Positions 30,509 through 41,815 of a stretch of 64,000 nucleotides of DNA are shown piece after piece. The notes under the pieces are model-generated. The model saw nothing but the letters and a program-made list of their open reading frames with translations, searched no databases and was not told the origin of the DNA. The position numbers were made by a program, and so were the translations under genes. The first letter of the stretch is position 1. Every line of letters begins with the position of its first letter. Origin of the DNA: Escherichia coli (GTDB lineage: Bacteria > Pseudomonadota > Gammaproteobacteria > Enterobacterales > Enterobacteriaceae); NCBI RefSeq assembly GCF_036507355.1, contig NZ_AP027878.1, one strand, 5' to 3'.

Positions 30509-31069
30509 TTAGTGCATGATGTTTGCCATCTCATAGGCGTCAGCCAGTAACTCCATCTCTGACTTGTTCAGCAAGGTGAATTCTTTCTTGCCTCCAACCA
30601 CACCATCGGCATGAACAGGGACCAGCCATGGGTATTTTTCTCTTACTTCAGCCGGAGCTGCATGCTGGTGGTGCCATCTACAAAGTGGCAATTGCTTTTT
30701 ATGACAACCCGGCGCGGTACGACCGGCGATATGGTGCAGAGACACCTCATTAGATATTACTCCATGCATATAGCAGGCAATGCAGGGGAGAGCGCCAAGA
30801 GCATTGGCGATGCGCCGTTCCTCCGCCGTTGGTGTTCTCCCCTTCAAGCCACGAGATTTTATTTTTACCGCGCTTTTCCGCGTTTTGCTGGCTGGTGGGC
30901 GCTCTTTCTGTTTAGCGATACGGCGGTCGAGAGTATCCCGCATTTTCTGATATTGAGATTCTCGCCAGACCGGATCAGCCAACTTCTCCCGTTGCCGAGC
31001 GATCGCTCGTTCTCTGGCTGCCTTCTGCCACTTGCGGCACTGTTCAATTTTTTGTTCGATTGTTTTCAT
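30509..31069 (-). CDS. ref: Ref-like HNH endonuclease (recombination enhancement function)
   Basis: 186 aa from MKTIEQKIEQCRKW; HNH/zinc-finger-like C-terminus (CIACYMHGV ... HHIAGR ... CRWHH). Confidence 0.8.
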   Translation of the reverse strand: MKTIEQKIEQCRKWQKAARERAIARQREKLADPVWRESQYQKMRDTLDRRIAKQKERPPASKTRKSAVKIKSRGLKGRTPTAEERRIANALGALPCIACYMHGVISNEVSLHHIAGRTAPGCHKKQLPLCRWHHQHAAPAEVREKYPWLVPVHADGVVGGKKEFTLLNKSEMELLADAYEMANIMH

Positions 31070-31156
31070 ATGGCAAAAAAAAGGCGGCCTAATGGCCGCC
31101 AATGATGTCAAGGAGTGAAGTAATGGCAACGTCTTCGTAGTTGACAAAAACTGCGG

Positions 31157-31184
31157 CTCAATTATAGCAATCAATTAGAGCAAT
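31157..31184 (-). promoter_or_regulatory. Tandem C1-type operator-like sites upstream of ref
   Basis: AATTATAGCAAT and CAATTAGAGCAAT (reverse complements of ATTGCT(A/C)TAAT) overlapping the ref promoter region. Confidence 0.55.
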
Positions 31185-31316
31185 GATAGATATTTTGTTT
31201 ATCGCGAATCACATTTTTTCACTTCAGTACCTGTGTGCTATACTCCTTCTTGATTGATTGGATGCGGAATACAAACCCGCTCTTTTGTGCAGCCTGGCTC
31301 CTTGCCAGGCTTTTTT

Positions 31317-31628
31317 TTATTTCATCATGGAAGCTGTTAACGCTTTGGACCTTGCTGAACTGATTGAAAGGACATTGTTAACCTTACCCAAGAGTTCGCC
31401 AAACTCAGACATCACTTTAGCAAAACCGCGCCGTGCTTCTTCCTCGGTGGCATTCATCACGAAATGTTCAGCACTACGCATACTTTTGACAGGAAACGCA
31501 ACGGATATTGAGTCAATATCAGGCATTCTATCGCTCAGCTTTACAGTGACAATGACGGCTGGCGACTGAATATTAGTGCTTACAGACAGCACTACATATT
31601 TTCCGTCGATGTTGAAATCCTTTCTCAT
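31317..31628 (-). CDS. Hypothetical protein between cre and ref
   Basis: 103-aa ORF; operator-like site at 31643-31659 upstream. Confidence 0.4.
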   Translation of the reverse strand: MRKDFNIDGKYVVLSVSTNIQSPAVIVTVKLSDRMPDIDSISVAFPVKSMRSAEHFVMNATEEEARRGFAKVMSEFGELLGKVNNVLSISSARSKALTASMMK

Positions 31629-31678
31629 ATGTCACCATAAATATCAAATAATTATAGCAATCATTTACGCGTTAATGG

Positions 31679-32710
31679 CTAATCGCCATCTTCCAGCAGG
31701 CGCACCATTGCCCCTGTTTCACTATCCAGGTTACGGATATAGTTCATGACAATATTTACATTGGTCCAGCCACCAGCTTGCATGATCTCCGGTATTGAAA
31801 CTCCAGCGCGGGCCATATCTCGCGCGGCTCCGACACGGGCACTGTGTCCAGACCAGGCCAGGTATCTCTGACCAGAGTCATCCTTAGCGCCGTAAATCAA
31901 TCGATGAGTTGCTTCAAAAATCCCTTCCAGGGCGCGAGTTGATAGCTGGCTGGTGGCAGATGGCGCGGCAACACCATTTTTTCTGACCCGGCAAAACAGG
32001 TAGTTATTCGGATCATCAGCTACACCAGAGACGGAAATCCATCGCTCGACCAGTTTAGTTACCCCCAGGCTAAGTGCCTTCTCTACACCTGCGGTGCTAA
32101 CCAGCGTTTTCGTTCTGCCAATATGGATTAACATTCTCCCACCGTCAGTACGTGAGATATCTTTAACCCTGATCCTGGCAATTTCGGCTATACGTAACAG
32201 GGTGTTATAAGCAATCCCCAGAAATGCCAGATTACGTATATCCTGGCAGCGATCGCTATTTTCCATGAGTGAACGAACCTGGTCGAAATCAGTGCGTTCG
32301 AACGCTAGAGCCTGTTTTGCACGTTCACCGGCATCAACGTTTTCTTTTCGGATCCGCCGCATAACCAGTGAAACAGCATTGCTGTCACTTGGTCGTGGCA
32401 GCCCGGACCGACGATGAAGCATGTTTAGCTGGCCCAAATGTTGCTGGATAGTTTTTACTGCCAGACCGCGCGCCTGAAGATATAGAAGATAATCGCGAAC
32501 ATCTTCAGGTTCTGCGGGAAACCATTTCCGGTTATTCAACTTGCACCATGCCGCCCACGACCGGCAAACGGACAGAAGCATTTTCCAGGTATGCTCAGAA
32601 AACGCCTGGCGATCCCTGAACATGTCCATCAGGTTCTTGCGAACCTCATCACTCGTTGCATCGACCGGTAATGCAGGCAAATTTTGGTGTACGGTCAGTA
32701 AATTGGACAT
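31679..32710 (-). CDS. cre: Cre tyrosine recombinase
   Basis: 343 aa; matches the Cre sequence as I recall it (MSNLLTVHQNLPALPVDATSDEVRKNLMDMFRDRQAFSEHTWK ... MVRLLEDGD). Confidence 0.98.
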   Translation of the reverse strand: MSNLLTVHQNLPALPVDATSDEVRKNLMDMFRDRQAFSEHTWKMLLSVCRSWAAWCKLNNRKWFPAEPEDVRDYLLYLQARGLAVKTIQQHLGQLNMLHRRSGLPRPSDSNAVSLVMRRIRKENVDAGERAKQALAFERTDFDQVRSLMENSDRCQDIRNLAFLGIAYNTLLRIAEIARIRVKDISRTDGGRMLIHIGRTKTLVSTAGVEKALSLGVTKLVERWISVSGVADDPNNYLFCRVRKNGVAAPSATSQLSTRALEGIFEATHRLIYGAKDDSGQRYLAWSGHSARVGAARDMARAGVSIPEIMQAGGWTNVNIVMNYIRNLDSETGAMVRLLEDGD

Positions 32711-33128
32711 TTAACACTCAGATAATGGTTTTAAGTAAAGTGTACAGGATCGGCTCTGCCTTTACCTGTTTATGGTTCTCGTCATAGAAACGCCAGCGAC
32801 CGCGCGTGCGTTCTATTTTCTCTTCACCGCGCGATAATGACAGTTGGCAACTATCACGATCAAACCCTTTTGCCCGCCAGTAACCACGGTTTTTCTCAAG
32901 CTCAAGATGAGTGGACACTTTAGCAGTTGAATATCCCATTTTTCACCTCTGATTGATTGGTGGTGCTAAGTGCGCTACGCGAAATCTGTAGGACTAACAC
33001 CGCCAATTTTTCACAGATTTTACGTAGCGCAACCTTGATCAAATGATCAAGTGGTCACTATTTGACCTGCTAAGGTATTGAACTGTATGGATTTACAGGT
33101 AAATTGATCATATTCAATAACCCTTAAT

Positions 33129-33162
33129 ATAACTTCGTATAATGTATGCTATACGAAGTTAT
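33129..33162. other. loxP site
   Basis: Exact ATAACTTCGTATA-ATGTATGC-TATACGAAGTTAT. Confidence 0.98.
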
Positions 33163-33205
33163 TAGGTCTGAAGAGGAGTTTACGTCCAGCTGCGCATAAA
33201 AATCA

Positions 33206-33222
33206 AGAATTATTAGAGCAAT
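33206..33222 (-). promoter_or_regulatory. C1-type operator
   Basis: Reverse complement reads ATTGCTCTAATAATTCT. Confidence 0.55.
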
Positions 33223-33288
33223 AAATTTTGAGAGAAAAATCCAACTCCACCAGCCAAAAACTGGATTGTTTTTCATAGTTGTTTGACA

Positions 33289-33305
33289 ATTGCTCTAATA
33301 AATTA
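33289..33305 (+). promoter_or_regulatory. C1 operator (ATTGCTCTAATAAATTA)
   Basis: Near-perfect consensus upstream of coi-c1. Confidence 0.75.
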
Positions 33306-33543
33306 TAGTTTTGCCGCCGTTTCGTAATACGACTTTGGATTCACTATTTAATGTGTCTTCAGCGTTGTAGAGCGGCTCAGAAGGAAATGAGCAAACAGGG
33401 AAACCTTATACAACGGCATTACAGCTATGCATTGCTCATCTTACACACAGCGCAATGTTGTTAGATTACCCCAGCATGGATCATGGGTGAAACAGTAGGT
33501 CAGAGCTTCAGGCTCTGTGTTGTCAATACAGTGAGGCATAATT

Positions 33544-33753
33544 ATGGCTTTCATTCCACCAACCATCGACGACGTTAGACATTGCTCTAACGCTTTATCT
33601 GTAGACCCCGCCGAAACCGACGCTGCCCGCGCCATTGCTGAACACTACTCAAAGATATCCAATCAGGAGTACCGCATCACCCAAGACGACCTGGATGATC
33701 TCACTGACACAATCGAATATCTCATGGCCACTAACCAGCCAGACTCACAATAA
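33544..33753 (+). CDS. coi: Coi-like c1-inactivator
   Basis: 69 aa immediately upstream of c1. Confidence 0.65.
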   Translation: MAFIPPTIDDVRHCSNALSVDPAETDAARAIAEHYSKISNQEYRITQDDLDDLTDTIEYLMATNQPDSQ

Positions 33754-33863
33754 ATGCACTAATAAATCTATTATTTTCGTTGGATCCTTCTATAATGGTG
33801 GCCAACAACTCCCAGTGTAATCCGCTGTGAGTTGTTGGCCATGTCAATTCTGGAGGAGGATCA

Positions 33864-34715
33864 ATGATAAATTATGTCTACGGCGAACAACTGTACCAGG
33901 AGTTCGTCAGCTTCAGGGATCTCTTTCTAAAAAAAGCTGTTGCACGCGCCCAACATGTTGATGCCGCCAGCGACGGTCGCCCTGTTCGCCCGGTTGTCGT
34001 TCTGCCGTTCAAAGAAACGGACAGCATTCAGGCTGAAATTGATAAATGGACATTAATGGCGCGGGAACTGGAGCAGTACCCAGATCTCAATATCCCAAAG
34101 ACTATTTTATATCCTGTACCTAACATCCTTCGCGGTGTGCGTAAGGTTACGACTTATCAGACAGAAGCAGTGAACAGCGTCAATATGACCGCTGGCCGCA
34201 TTATTCATCTGATTGATAAGGACATTCGCATCCAAAAAAGCGCGGGGATCAATGAGCACAGTGCGAAATACATAGAGAACCTGGAAGCAACAAAAGAGCT
34301 AATGAAGCAGTACCCGGAGGATGAAAAATTCCGTATGCGCGTACACGGCTTTAGCGAAACAATGCTGCGCGTCCATTACATTTCCAGTAGCCCTAACTAC
34401 AATGATGGCAAATCAGTTAGTTACCATGTGCCGCTATGTGGCGTGTTTATCTGCGATGAAACTCTCCGAGATGGAATCATCATCAACGGTGAATTTGAGA
34501 AAGCAAAATTTAGCCTTTATGACTCTATAGAACCGATCATCTGCGACCGCTGGCCGCAGGCAAAAATATATCGCCTGGCAGATATTGAAAATGTAAAAAA
34601 ACAAATTGCCATCACTCGCGAAGAGAAAAAGGTCAAATCAGCCGCATCAGTTACGCGCAGCCGCAAAACTAAGAAGGGGCAGCCAGTAAACGACAACCCC
34701 GAAAGCGCGCAATAG
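33864..34715 (+). CDS. c1: C1 repressor
   Basis: 283 aa beginning MINYVYGEQLYQEFVSFRDLFLKKAV; cognate operators across the window. Confidence 0.9.
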   Translation: MINYVYGEQLYQEFVSFRDLFLKKAVARAQHVDAASDGRPVRPVVVLPFKETDSIQAEIDKWTLMARELEQYPDLNIPKTILYPVPNILRGVRKVTTYQTEAVNSVNMTAGRIIHLIDKDIRIQKSAGINEHSAKYIENLEATKELMKQYPEDEKFRMRVHGFSETMLRVHYISSSPNYNDGKSVSYHVPLCGVFICDETLRDGIIINGEFEKAKFSLYDSIEPIICDRWPQAKIYRLADIENVKKQIAITREEKKVKSAASVTRSRKTKKGQPVNDNPESAQ

Positions 34716-34739
34716 TTTCCATCCGGCATGGTTAATGAG

Positions 34740-36224
34740 TTATTCATTAAGCCATGCCAGAGCTTCATCAACCTGCGCTTCGTCTTCGACGCTAAGCACT
34801 TCATCTTGGGGAACATAGTTCGCCAACATAGCGAAACAATATGTATCCCAATGGTCCGGTGAGTGCAGGTTGAGTTTTTTCTTCATATCTTCCTTTGACA
34901 TCACCTTCCATTGACCTGCGGAATTTATCCCTACCGGTATCTTTGATGCTTCCTCTATAGTCGCAGCCCCCTTATCAAGCCTCATACGCCCTGATTTTAC
35001 AGCTTCTGCCGCCTGAATATTCGCGAAAGCGCGCATATCGAAATAAAGGCTTTTATCTTCACGGCTGTGCATCTTTTTACCCCAGCGGATACGCTGGACG
35101 GTAATGCCATAGCGTTCGTACATTAGATCAGCCGTCGATTTCCCCAAGCCATCGCCATCAATAGCTATGGTTATGTTCGGGAACCGTTCTGGGTTACATT
35201 CTGCGAAAATCTTGGCGGCTAACTGCGTTTCTGTAACGTCTGTGTATTCCAGCATACGATAGTTGATTACACGGCGTTTATTTCGCTGGCCGGACACCAT
35301 CATGATATTAATAACGGACTTATCTCGTCCTGTGCCACCAGCAACGTCAACACATGCAACCCAGCCCCATCCTTTGGCAATCTTGACCTTTCGCCGCGTC
35401 GCCCGCTCAACCTCATCACGACCAAGAAGAAAGCCATCTTGAGATTTGGGAAATTCACCACGTACTTTGATCATGTACATGGGGTTATCACGACCGCCAT
35501 ACTCCGCAAGTTTTGCTCGTATAAATTTTGCATCTACAAGCGGAGATTCTTCACTATTCAGTATTATCGCAGTAAACAATCCATCAGGATTTCCCGGGCG
35601 AATAGCTAGTCTGTGGTGTGAATCGTAGAAATAGCCTGAAGGTCGCGTAGGCTGGGAAAGAAGCAGAATACGGTTATCCTTACCGGTCAGCGCACCTGTT
35701 ATCACACTGAATGCTTTATCACTCACACCCGACGCTTCGTCGATGATATACAAGAGATGATCGGCGTGTTCACCAGCCAACGCCTCCTCATTTCCGGGGC
35801 GACAGGACTTTATCAATATTGTCCAAACACCCTTGCCAGTCACCTCAAAAAAAGACGTTTCTGTAAGAATGAAATACTTCGACAACCACGGGAATCTGCT
35901 AACAGCAGTAGCCCAATTGCTCTTTATGTATTTGAAAATACCATCAAGGACTTGCTGTCTTTTGTTAGCGACCAGAATGACGCGAGCGCCGGGGAAAAAC
36001 ATGATGAAGAGTATTGCAATGATACTCGTCATATCCGATTTACCAGTACCATGGCCGGAGGTCACACTTGTCCAACTGCCGTCCTGCTGCGTGGACTCAA
36101 TGATCTCATCCTGCTGCCAGGTTGGTGTCTTCCCAAACAACACATCAGCGGCCGCAATCCAGTCATAACGATATAGCGCCACCAGCTCGCGCCAACGTGG
36201 GTCCGTTACGCAACTTCTGGCCAT
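34740..36224 (-). CDS. pacB: Terminase large subunit
   Basis: 494 aa; Walker [10 protein letters not shown] and Walker B IIDEASGV; directly downstream of pacA. Confidence 0.85.
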
Positions 36225-37417
36225 TAATCATCATCCCCGTACAGTTTGCGGGTAACTTCTTCGTCTTCCTCCTCGTCTTCGTCCAGATCCTGTTCAAGCC
36301 ATGCTTCGTTTGATATGCCTTCCGCATCGACATCACCATAACCACCTGTATCGACGATATCGGCAATTTCTTCTCTACGATGCTCAATCCACAATGCCGC
36401 ATCAGCGCGGCGGCTGGCGGCCCGTTCTCGCGCGATTTTATCCAGATCTTCAAGTGATGGAGCGCCAGATGCTGTTTGGTTTTCCTCATCATCGGTATTG
36501 GTCTTAGGAGCACGCAGATCGGCTTTGATTTGCTCCAGCATCAGGGGCGGCACTTTTCCTCCATGCGCCTCGATGAATTCAGCCGCTTCCAGCACTGACC
36601 AGTTATTTTCACGCTTTCGTTCGTATGCCAGCTTAACAATGCCAGCTTGCCCCATAGATAAAGCGTGCTTTTCCGCCTCCCGGCTTTCTTTTCGATAGTT
36701 ATTCCGGATGCTGTAAATGGTGTTGATCAGGCTGCTTATCTGCGCGGAACAGCTGTTTAGCATGCTCGCGATACGGTATTCAGGCGGAGTACCTTCATCA
36801 TCGTCTTTTTGCTGATCGCGCATTTCCTGCACTAGGCGAATACACGTATCCCTGGCGTTCTCCAGCATAAGGAGATGAGAAAGAGACTTTTCCAGAAGAG
36901 TGGTTTCCAGAACATCGGCCCCGGACCGACGCAACATAGCGCGCGCGGCCTTCCGCGCTTCAACGTTATCTATCAGGTAATCGCCAGCTTCGAATTCAAA
37001 GCGTTCACCATCATCATCCAGGGTGTCGCGTTCCAGGCGATCACGTAAGGTCCGGTGGGCGCGGGTGATCACGTCATGATCATCTGAACGATCATTTATG
37101 CGCTTATTTTGGCGCTTCGCATTCTCGACTGCGGCACTGACAACGGCATTAACTCTTTGTTTTTCCGCTATTTCAGCCGAAATGTGATCACCTGCATGTT
37201 GATCATTAGAGTGATCAATGATCATGCTTTTTAGTGGCTTCCTGACTGGCTTATTTGGCTTGCGGCTGTCCGTAGTCCTGGTGTCTTCTTTGAAGGCACG
37301 GAGATAACGACGTGCGGTATTAGGGTTAAGATTAAACTCGGCGGCATACTGTGCGATGGTGTAACCACCATCTCGCGCCAGGCGAGCAAAATTCTTCTTG
37401 TGATCGTCCCAGGTCAC
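36224..37417 (-). CDS. pacA: Terminase small subunit / pac-recognition protein
   Basis: 397 aa; N-terminal HTH; the pac hexamer clusters lie inside its 5' region. Confidence 0.8.
37037..37223. other. pac site (two clusters of TGATCA/CGATCA hexamers)
   Basis: Hexamers at 37037, 37065, 37076 and 37088, then 37184, 37199, 37211 and 37218, each containing a GATC Dam site. Confidence 0.8.
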
Positions 37418-37502
37418 TTATGCTTCCTTTCGTAAAAACTCTTTTTGACGCGAGGGTAACGAAAGTCACATGTCAAAAGGCCCGGAACGGGCAAGCAATC
37501 AA

Positions 37503-37925
37503 TCAGATACGTGCGGATGTGGCATTACCGTAATGACGGTGCTGACGGGCCACCTTATTGAAAAGTTGACGCGCCATTACCCAAGGCTGGTGCTCCCGGC
37601 GTTCCTTTTCGTCCTGCGTCATATAGAGTTCGTTCTGGAGTTTTTCATCAAACCGGCGCGGAGCGCGGCTACGGCGAAAGAATTCAGGATTCAGAGAGTG
37701 GATCTGAAATCTACGTGGGCGTGTACTGTCATCTATCAAAACAGACGAATACTTAGACACAGCGATAGCCTTTAAGCGCAGATAAACATCGCGCTTATCG
37801 ACATCCAGATGCGGGTATTCCTTTTCAAGAATTGCTGCGAGTTCTTTCGCTGATAGAAGAGATTTAGTGCGGATCATGTAATCCGCAATCTCGTACGATG
37901 TTATTCGTGAGTGATTTATTTCCAT
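37503..37925 (-). CDS. lpa: Late promoter activator-like protein
   Basis: About 140 aa; sits between pacA and the operator at 38026; symbol by position. Confidence 0.45.
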   Translation of the reverse strand: MEINHSRITSYEIADYMIRTKSLLSAKELAAILEKEYPHLDVDKRDVYLRLKAIAVSKYSSVLIDDSTRPRRFQIHSLNPEFFRRSRAPRRFDEKLQNELYMTQDEKERREHQPWVMARQLFNKVARQHRHYGNATSARI

Positions 37926-38025
37926 GAAGTGGCGTCCCTGCCAGTTAAGTAACATCCTGTCACCTACTGATTAGCCCATGTCAACTAATCAACGTGGAAT
38001 ATAATACCCTCGATTAAAGAAATGG

Positions 38026-38042
38026 CAATACATTAGAGCAAT
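38026..38042 (-). promoter_or_regulatory. C1-type operator-like site
   Basis: Reverse complement reads ATTGCTCTAATGTATTG. Confidence 0.5.
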
Positions 38043-38043
38043 T

Positions 38044-39087
38044 TTATCTAACACTCGACGAATGACTTGTGATAACGCCCACTCCAAGCGCGTAATCAAA
38101 GAACAATCGTTGATGCATCGCCAACCTACCGTGCGTCTTCTCCCAATTATCGCGGTCACGCTCAATATCACGCTGGCATGACTGGCACAGAGGAATTGCG
38201 TAAATGTCATGCGCGCATAATCGACTATGACGAACGATATAAGGCGTAATGTGAGCGCCAGCTCCCGCAGCTCCACACCCACAGCATGGACGGGAAGCAA
38301 CAAAGTCCATGTACTCAGGTAATTTTAGCGATTGCAGTTTTGGTATTTTGAAATGCGCCATGCCAGGGTCGGAGTCAACATCCACAGGGCATACTTTTGC
38401 ACGCATCGGCGCGGCGCGTTCTTCCATCATCTGAACATATGCTGTAGCGCGATCGTCATACGGGCGAATATCCGCCTCTTTCAGAGGTCCGCTATCCTGC
38501 GGAGTAGCCTTCATCTTATTTATTGATATGCGGCAGACTTCTTCCGGCATCAGGTGCATCATGTTGCGCATGAAAGCCCACCAGCACAGCTCCTGAATAC
38601 TTAAATCATGGCTATTTGAAAGGCCCATTTCCTGACGGGCGACATCCAGTATCCAGTTAACGCGATTATTGTGCAGCGTTTCTTTCAGCTCATTAAAACC
38701 ACGCATCCGGTAATGGTTATCGTGATGCCAGCACAACAACACCGCGCTATTGTCTCGTTCAGCGTGGACAATATGGTTGTCACACCAACTACGATCTGCG
38801 GCCTGGCATTGACCCTCTTTCCTACGCAACCACGCCACCAGCGCGTCAATTCCACCAATACGGCGAAACAGTTCATCGCTGTTAAAAAACGGCTGCAACG
38901 CCTCATTTGTTGCCATGGTTTGCTCGGTAACAACGAGGCCGTCTTCCATGTGCTCGATTAACTCACGCGGCACCGGCTCCATAATAAATTTACGGCCAGC
39001 CTCCACCAGCTTTCTGACCTCCTGATCCACTTTGAACGTGGCGAGGCCAAGCTCTTTCTGTACAAAGGGAGTAATTACGGCTTTCAC
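38044..39087 (-). CDS. Cys/His-rich hypothetical protein
   Basis: 347 aa; C-terminal CCGCG ... H ... CAHD ... CQSCQ cluster. Confidence 0.5.
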   Translation of the reverse strand: MKAVITPFVQKELGLATFKVDQEVRKLVEAGRKFIMEPVPRELIEHMEDGLVVTEQTMATNEALQPFFNSDELFRRIGGIDALVAWLRRKEGQCQAADRSWCDNHIVHAERDNSAVLLCWHHDNHYRMRGFNELKETLHNNRVNWILDVARQEMGLSNSHDLSIQELCWWAFMRNMMHLMPEEVCRISINKMKATPQDSGPLKEADIRPYDDRATAYVQMMEERAAPMRAKVCPVDVDSDPGMAHFKIPKLQSLKLPEYMDFVASRPCCGCGAAGAGAHITPYIVRHSRLCAHDIYAIPLCQSCQRDIERDRDNWEKTHGRLAMHQRLFFDYALGVGVITSHSSSVR

Positions 39088-39114
39088 ATCACACCTTTAA
39101 TCACTGATTGGGCT

Positions 39115-39315
39115 TTATCTGCTGCCCGGCATTCTCTGTTTAAGCACAACCATTTCCTGACGGCATAACACAGCAATAGCGGTCCTGACTCCAATTTGCT
39201 TACCAACCAGGTATTGCTTTACCTTGCGGCGACTCACGCCATCAAGAAGCATCTTTAACGCTTCACGGGACAATTTGTTGTATTTGCGTGCCATTAATCT
39301 ACTCCGCAGAACCAT
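39115..39315 (-). CDS. Small basic protein
   Basis: 66-aa ORF overlapping the doc 3' end; coding status uncertain. Confidence 0.3.
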
Positions 39316-39679
39316 ACAATCTACGTAACGTGTCGGCGACAGAAGATACAGATATCTCGCCAGTCGCAGCGCCTACAGTAAGGTCTGCCAGTTCAGGTGA
39401 ATCAAATACCTGCACCCCGTTACGGCGTAGAAATAGCAGCGCACTGTTTAGCGCGGTACGCTTATTGGCATCATTGAATATATGCCCTCTCGCTGTAGCC
39501 ACCAGGTAGGTGGCGGAGACTTCGAAAAGGTCGGTGATCTCTTCGTAGGCAACTCTGGCCTGAACTCTCCCGATAATGGCCTCTGCCCTACCCGGATCAG
39601 ACATTCCCGGCAGGCCGCCGTAGCGGCTTATATTCGCATCATGAAGCGCAATAAGTTCTTCCGGTGATATATGCCTCAT
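39299..39679 (-). CDS. doc: Doc toxin (Fic-fold kinase)
   Basis: 126 aa, [25 protein letters not shown]; start overlaps the phd stop (ATGA). Confidence 0.95.
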
Positions 39680-39900
39680 TATCGGTTAACCAGTTCCTTG
39701 TTGGTGGAGTCCAGGGTGTCAAACAGGGATGCAAATTCAGCATCCAGCGCCGCTTTTTTGTAGGCTTCGAAAGTAGCCTTGCTGACAATTACTGCTGGCT
39801 CACGGCCTCTGCGGGTGATTTCAACCTCTTCCCCGGCTTCAACATTGTTGAGCACTTCAGAAAGGTTGCCACGCGCGGTACGGAAGTTAATGGATTGCAT
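39679..39900 (-). CDS. phd: Phd antitoxin
   Basis: 73 aa, [49 protein letters not shown]. Confidence 0.95.
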
Positions 39901-39972
39901 AAACACCTCGTGTACTCGTTATGTGTACACAATTATAAACTTCACAGGCATAAAGCACCAGCACTTTGCAGC

Positions 39973-40362
39973 TTAAATAACCGGACAATCATCAAATTCC
40001 CCACTTCGGGCATCATTGATGACATGAGTGATCACACCAAAAACAGCATTACTGCCCGTGTATCCATCGTCATCTACTGGTAACGCCTCTTTCTTCCCGG
40101 TGCTTAAATCCTCCAGGTGCTGGCGCGGATACTTCCTGTATCTCTTTATGCGATATTCACCCTCCATAGCGCACACAAGCAGAGAACCATCAACCGGAGT
40201 AAGCGAGGAATCAACCACCAGCAAAGCACCCTGCAATATTCCCTCACGGTGATGGCTATCAGCTGCCCGCATGAAGTAGGTTGCTGATGGATGCCTGATT
40301 AGTTGCTGATCAAGAGAAATTCGGCTTTCAACATAATCCGCCGCAGGAGAAGGGAAGCCCAT
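39973..40362 (-). CDS. humD: UmuD' homologue
   Basis: 129 aa; S24 peptidase-like fold (LexA/UmuD C-terminal domain type); LexA box 20 bp upstream. Confidence 0.85.
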   Translation of the reverse strand: MGFPSPAADYVESRISLDQQLIRHPSATYFMRAADSHHREGILQGALLVVDSSLTPVDGSLLVCAMEGEYRIKRYRKYPRQHLEDLSTGKKEALPVDDDGYTGSNAVFGVITHVINDARSGEFDDCPVI

Positions 40363-40381
40363 AGCGTTTTCACCTCAATAA

Positions 40382-40401
40382 TACTGTTCATTTATACAGT
40401 A
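40382..40401. promoter_or_regulatory. LexA box (TACTGTTCATTTATACAGTA)
   Basis: Perfect CTGT-N8-ACAG core between the divergent humD and 40536 ORF. Confidence 0.7.
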
Positions 40402-40535
40402 TACATTAAAGAGACACCTTTGGTGCAAACGCGTTATGGAGCTTAACCCCTCTGATGACTTTGTGCGCTTTGCTACTATTCATCACCGCTGGATCAGCGT
40501 AACCTCGTAACTAATCAATTAATAAGGAATTAGCC

Positions 40536-41108
40536 ATGCCTGCCCGCATTCCTCTCGATCCTGCATTGCCCAAAAATTTTGACTGCACTCCTAACGAGAA
40601 ACGCTCCAAAGCCCATCTGGACGCCTGGTGGGACCACCCCTATGGAGTTACAGAACCTGACGGGAAAATTGTTGTTTATTGTCTGAACGGTGGCGCGTGG
40701 GACCGTCCATCCGTGCTTGGTTTTGTAGATAACTATGATGAAGCCTGTGAACTTGCCGAAAAACAGCAAGCTAGATGGGTCAAAACACGGTCTAAACCGT
40801 CATTCATGTTTTCAATAGAACCGCCATTTATACTGGCAAGGATGCCGCAGCGACCGGATCATCAACAAGAAATTGTTGCTGAATTTTCCTCAAGGGATGA
40901 GATGAATCTCTTCTCATTAAAGCAGGAAGAAAGGGATCGCGTCGAAGTGTCTCCAACTCTCGACCACAACCGGATGAACCTGGCCCAACTCGCCTGGTAC
41001 AGCAAAGAATTAGAGATGTCTATTGCCCGACTTGAAAACGAAAAAGCCGCTATCCAAGCCCAGCATGAAGCTGTCATTGCCAGGATACGAGAAGTTCAAA
41101 ACGGTTAA
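40536..41108 (+). CDS. Hypothetical protein, possibly LexA-regulated
   Basis: 190 aa, divergent from humD across the LexA box. Confidence 0.45.
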   Translation: MPARIPLDPALPKNFDCTPNEKRSKAHLDAWWDHPYGVTEPDGKIVVYCLNGGAWDRPSVLGFVDNYDEACELAEKQQARWVKTRSKPSFMFSIEPPFILARMPQRPDHQQEIVAEFSSRDEMNLFSLKQEERDRVEVSPTLDHNRMNLAQLAWYSKELEMSIARLENEKAAIQAQHEAVIARIREVQNG

Positions 41109-41114
41109 CTACCG

Positions 41115-41378
41115 CTATTTCTTTACGGCATCATCTTTCTGATATGCCGGATCGCTCCCTTTTGGCAACTGGAGGCTTAACTGCCGGTAGTGCCGTAGCC
41201 GTTCCATGAAATAGGTGCGCAGATTCTCTGGTTGCTCGCGGGCTACCTGTTCAGCTATGACAGGTATGTTCAATCGCTCTTTGTACGCCACACCGCTGGC
41301 AGCCAGATCAACGTTAACCTTATCCCGTTCTTCCTGACTTTTAGCTGCAATATTCCAATCGTACATATCAAATCCCAT
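41115..41378 (-). CDS. hot: DNA polymerase III theta-subunit homologue
   Basis: [43 protein letters not shown] closely parallels E. coli HolE. Confidence 0.75.
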   Translation of the reverse strand: MGFDMYDWNIAAKSQEERDKVNVDLAASGVAYKERLNIPVIAEQVAREQPENLRTYFMERLRHYRQLSLQLPKGSDPAYQKDDAVKK

Positions 41379-41815
41379 CCAGAATAATTGAGTAACGACT
41401 ATTATTTAACCAGCAAAGTAACTTTTAATTTTTTTTCTTCTCCCATTGATTTTTGTGCACAGCTTATCTGCCTTGCCGTGCGCAGAATCAACTTTTTTCT
41501 TCCTGATTTATCCACAAAGTTATGCACTTGCAAGAGGGCCATTTTCTAAATATTGTGATGCTTCACAAATGAAATGAATTTTGATTAATGAAGATAAGGA
41601 GAAAATTTGAGATGCAATCATGACGTTAATAGATAGGGTCTGCATTACAGACCCCACCCGCATCAAGGAATTAGCCGTTCCCTGATGTTGTTCCGAAAAC
41701 ATGTGCCGTAAGCTCACGTTAACGACTTTCTTTCACCGAATCCAACTATATAAGGGTTGGGTTTCTACGTCAACGTGAGCAAGTGCTCCTTTACATTTGA
41801 CAAGGAACCACCTTA

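Noticed and set aside
29678-31174. Long N-terminal extensions of the mat-like and ref ORFs in the ORF track
   Set aside because: The extensions start at non-ATG codons and run into intergenic or operator sequence; the ATG starts at about 30309 and 31069 give proteins of the expected length.
31258-31569. Plus-strand 103-aa ORF antisense to the 31317..31628 gene
   Set aside because: Overlaps the minus-strand ORF almost entirely; only one of the pair is likely real, and orientation with cre and ref favours the minus-strand one.
32718-32939. 73-aa minus-strand ORF between loxP and cre
   Set aside because: This ~420-bp interval is expected to hold the cre promoters; the ORF has no ribosome-binding site I can see and may be fortuitous, so it was left uncalled.
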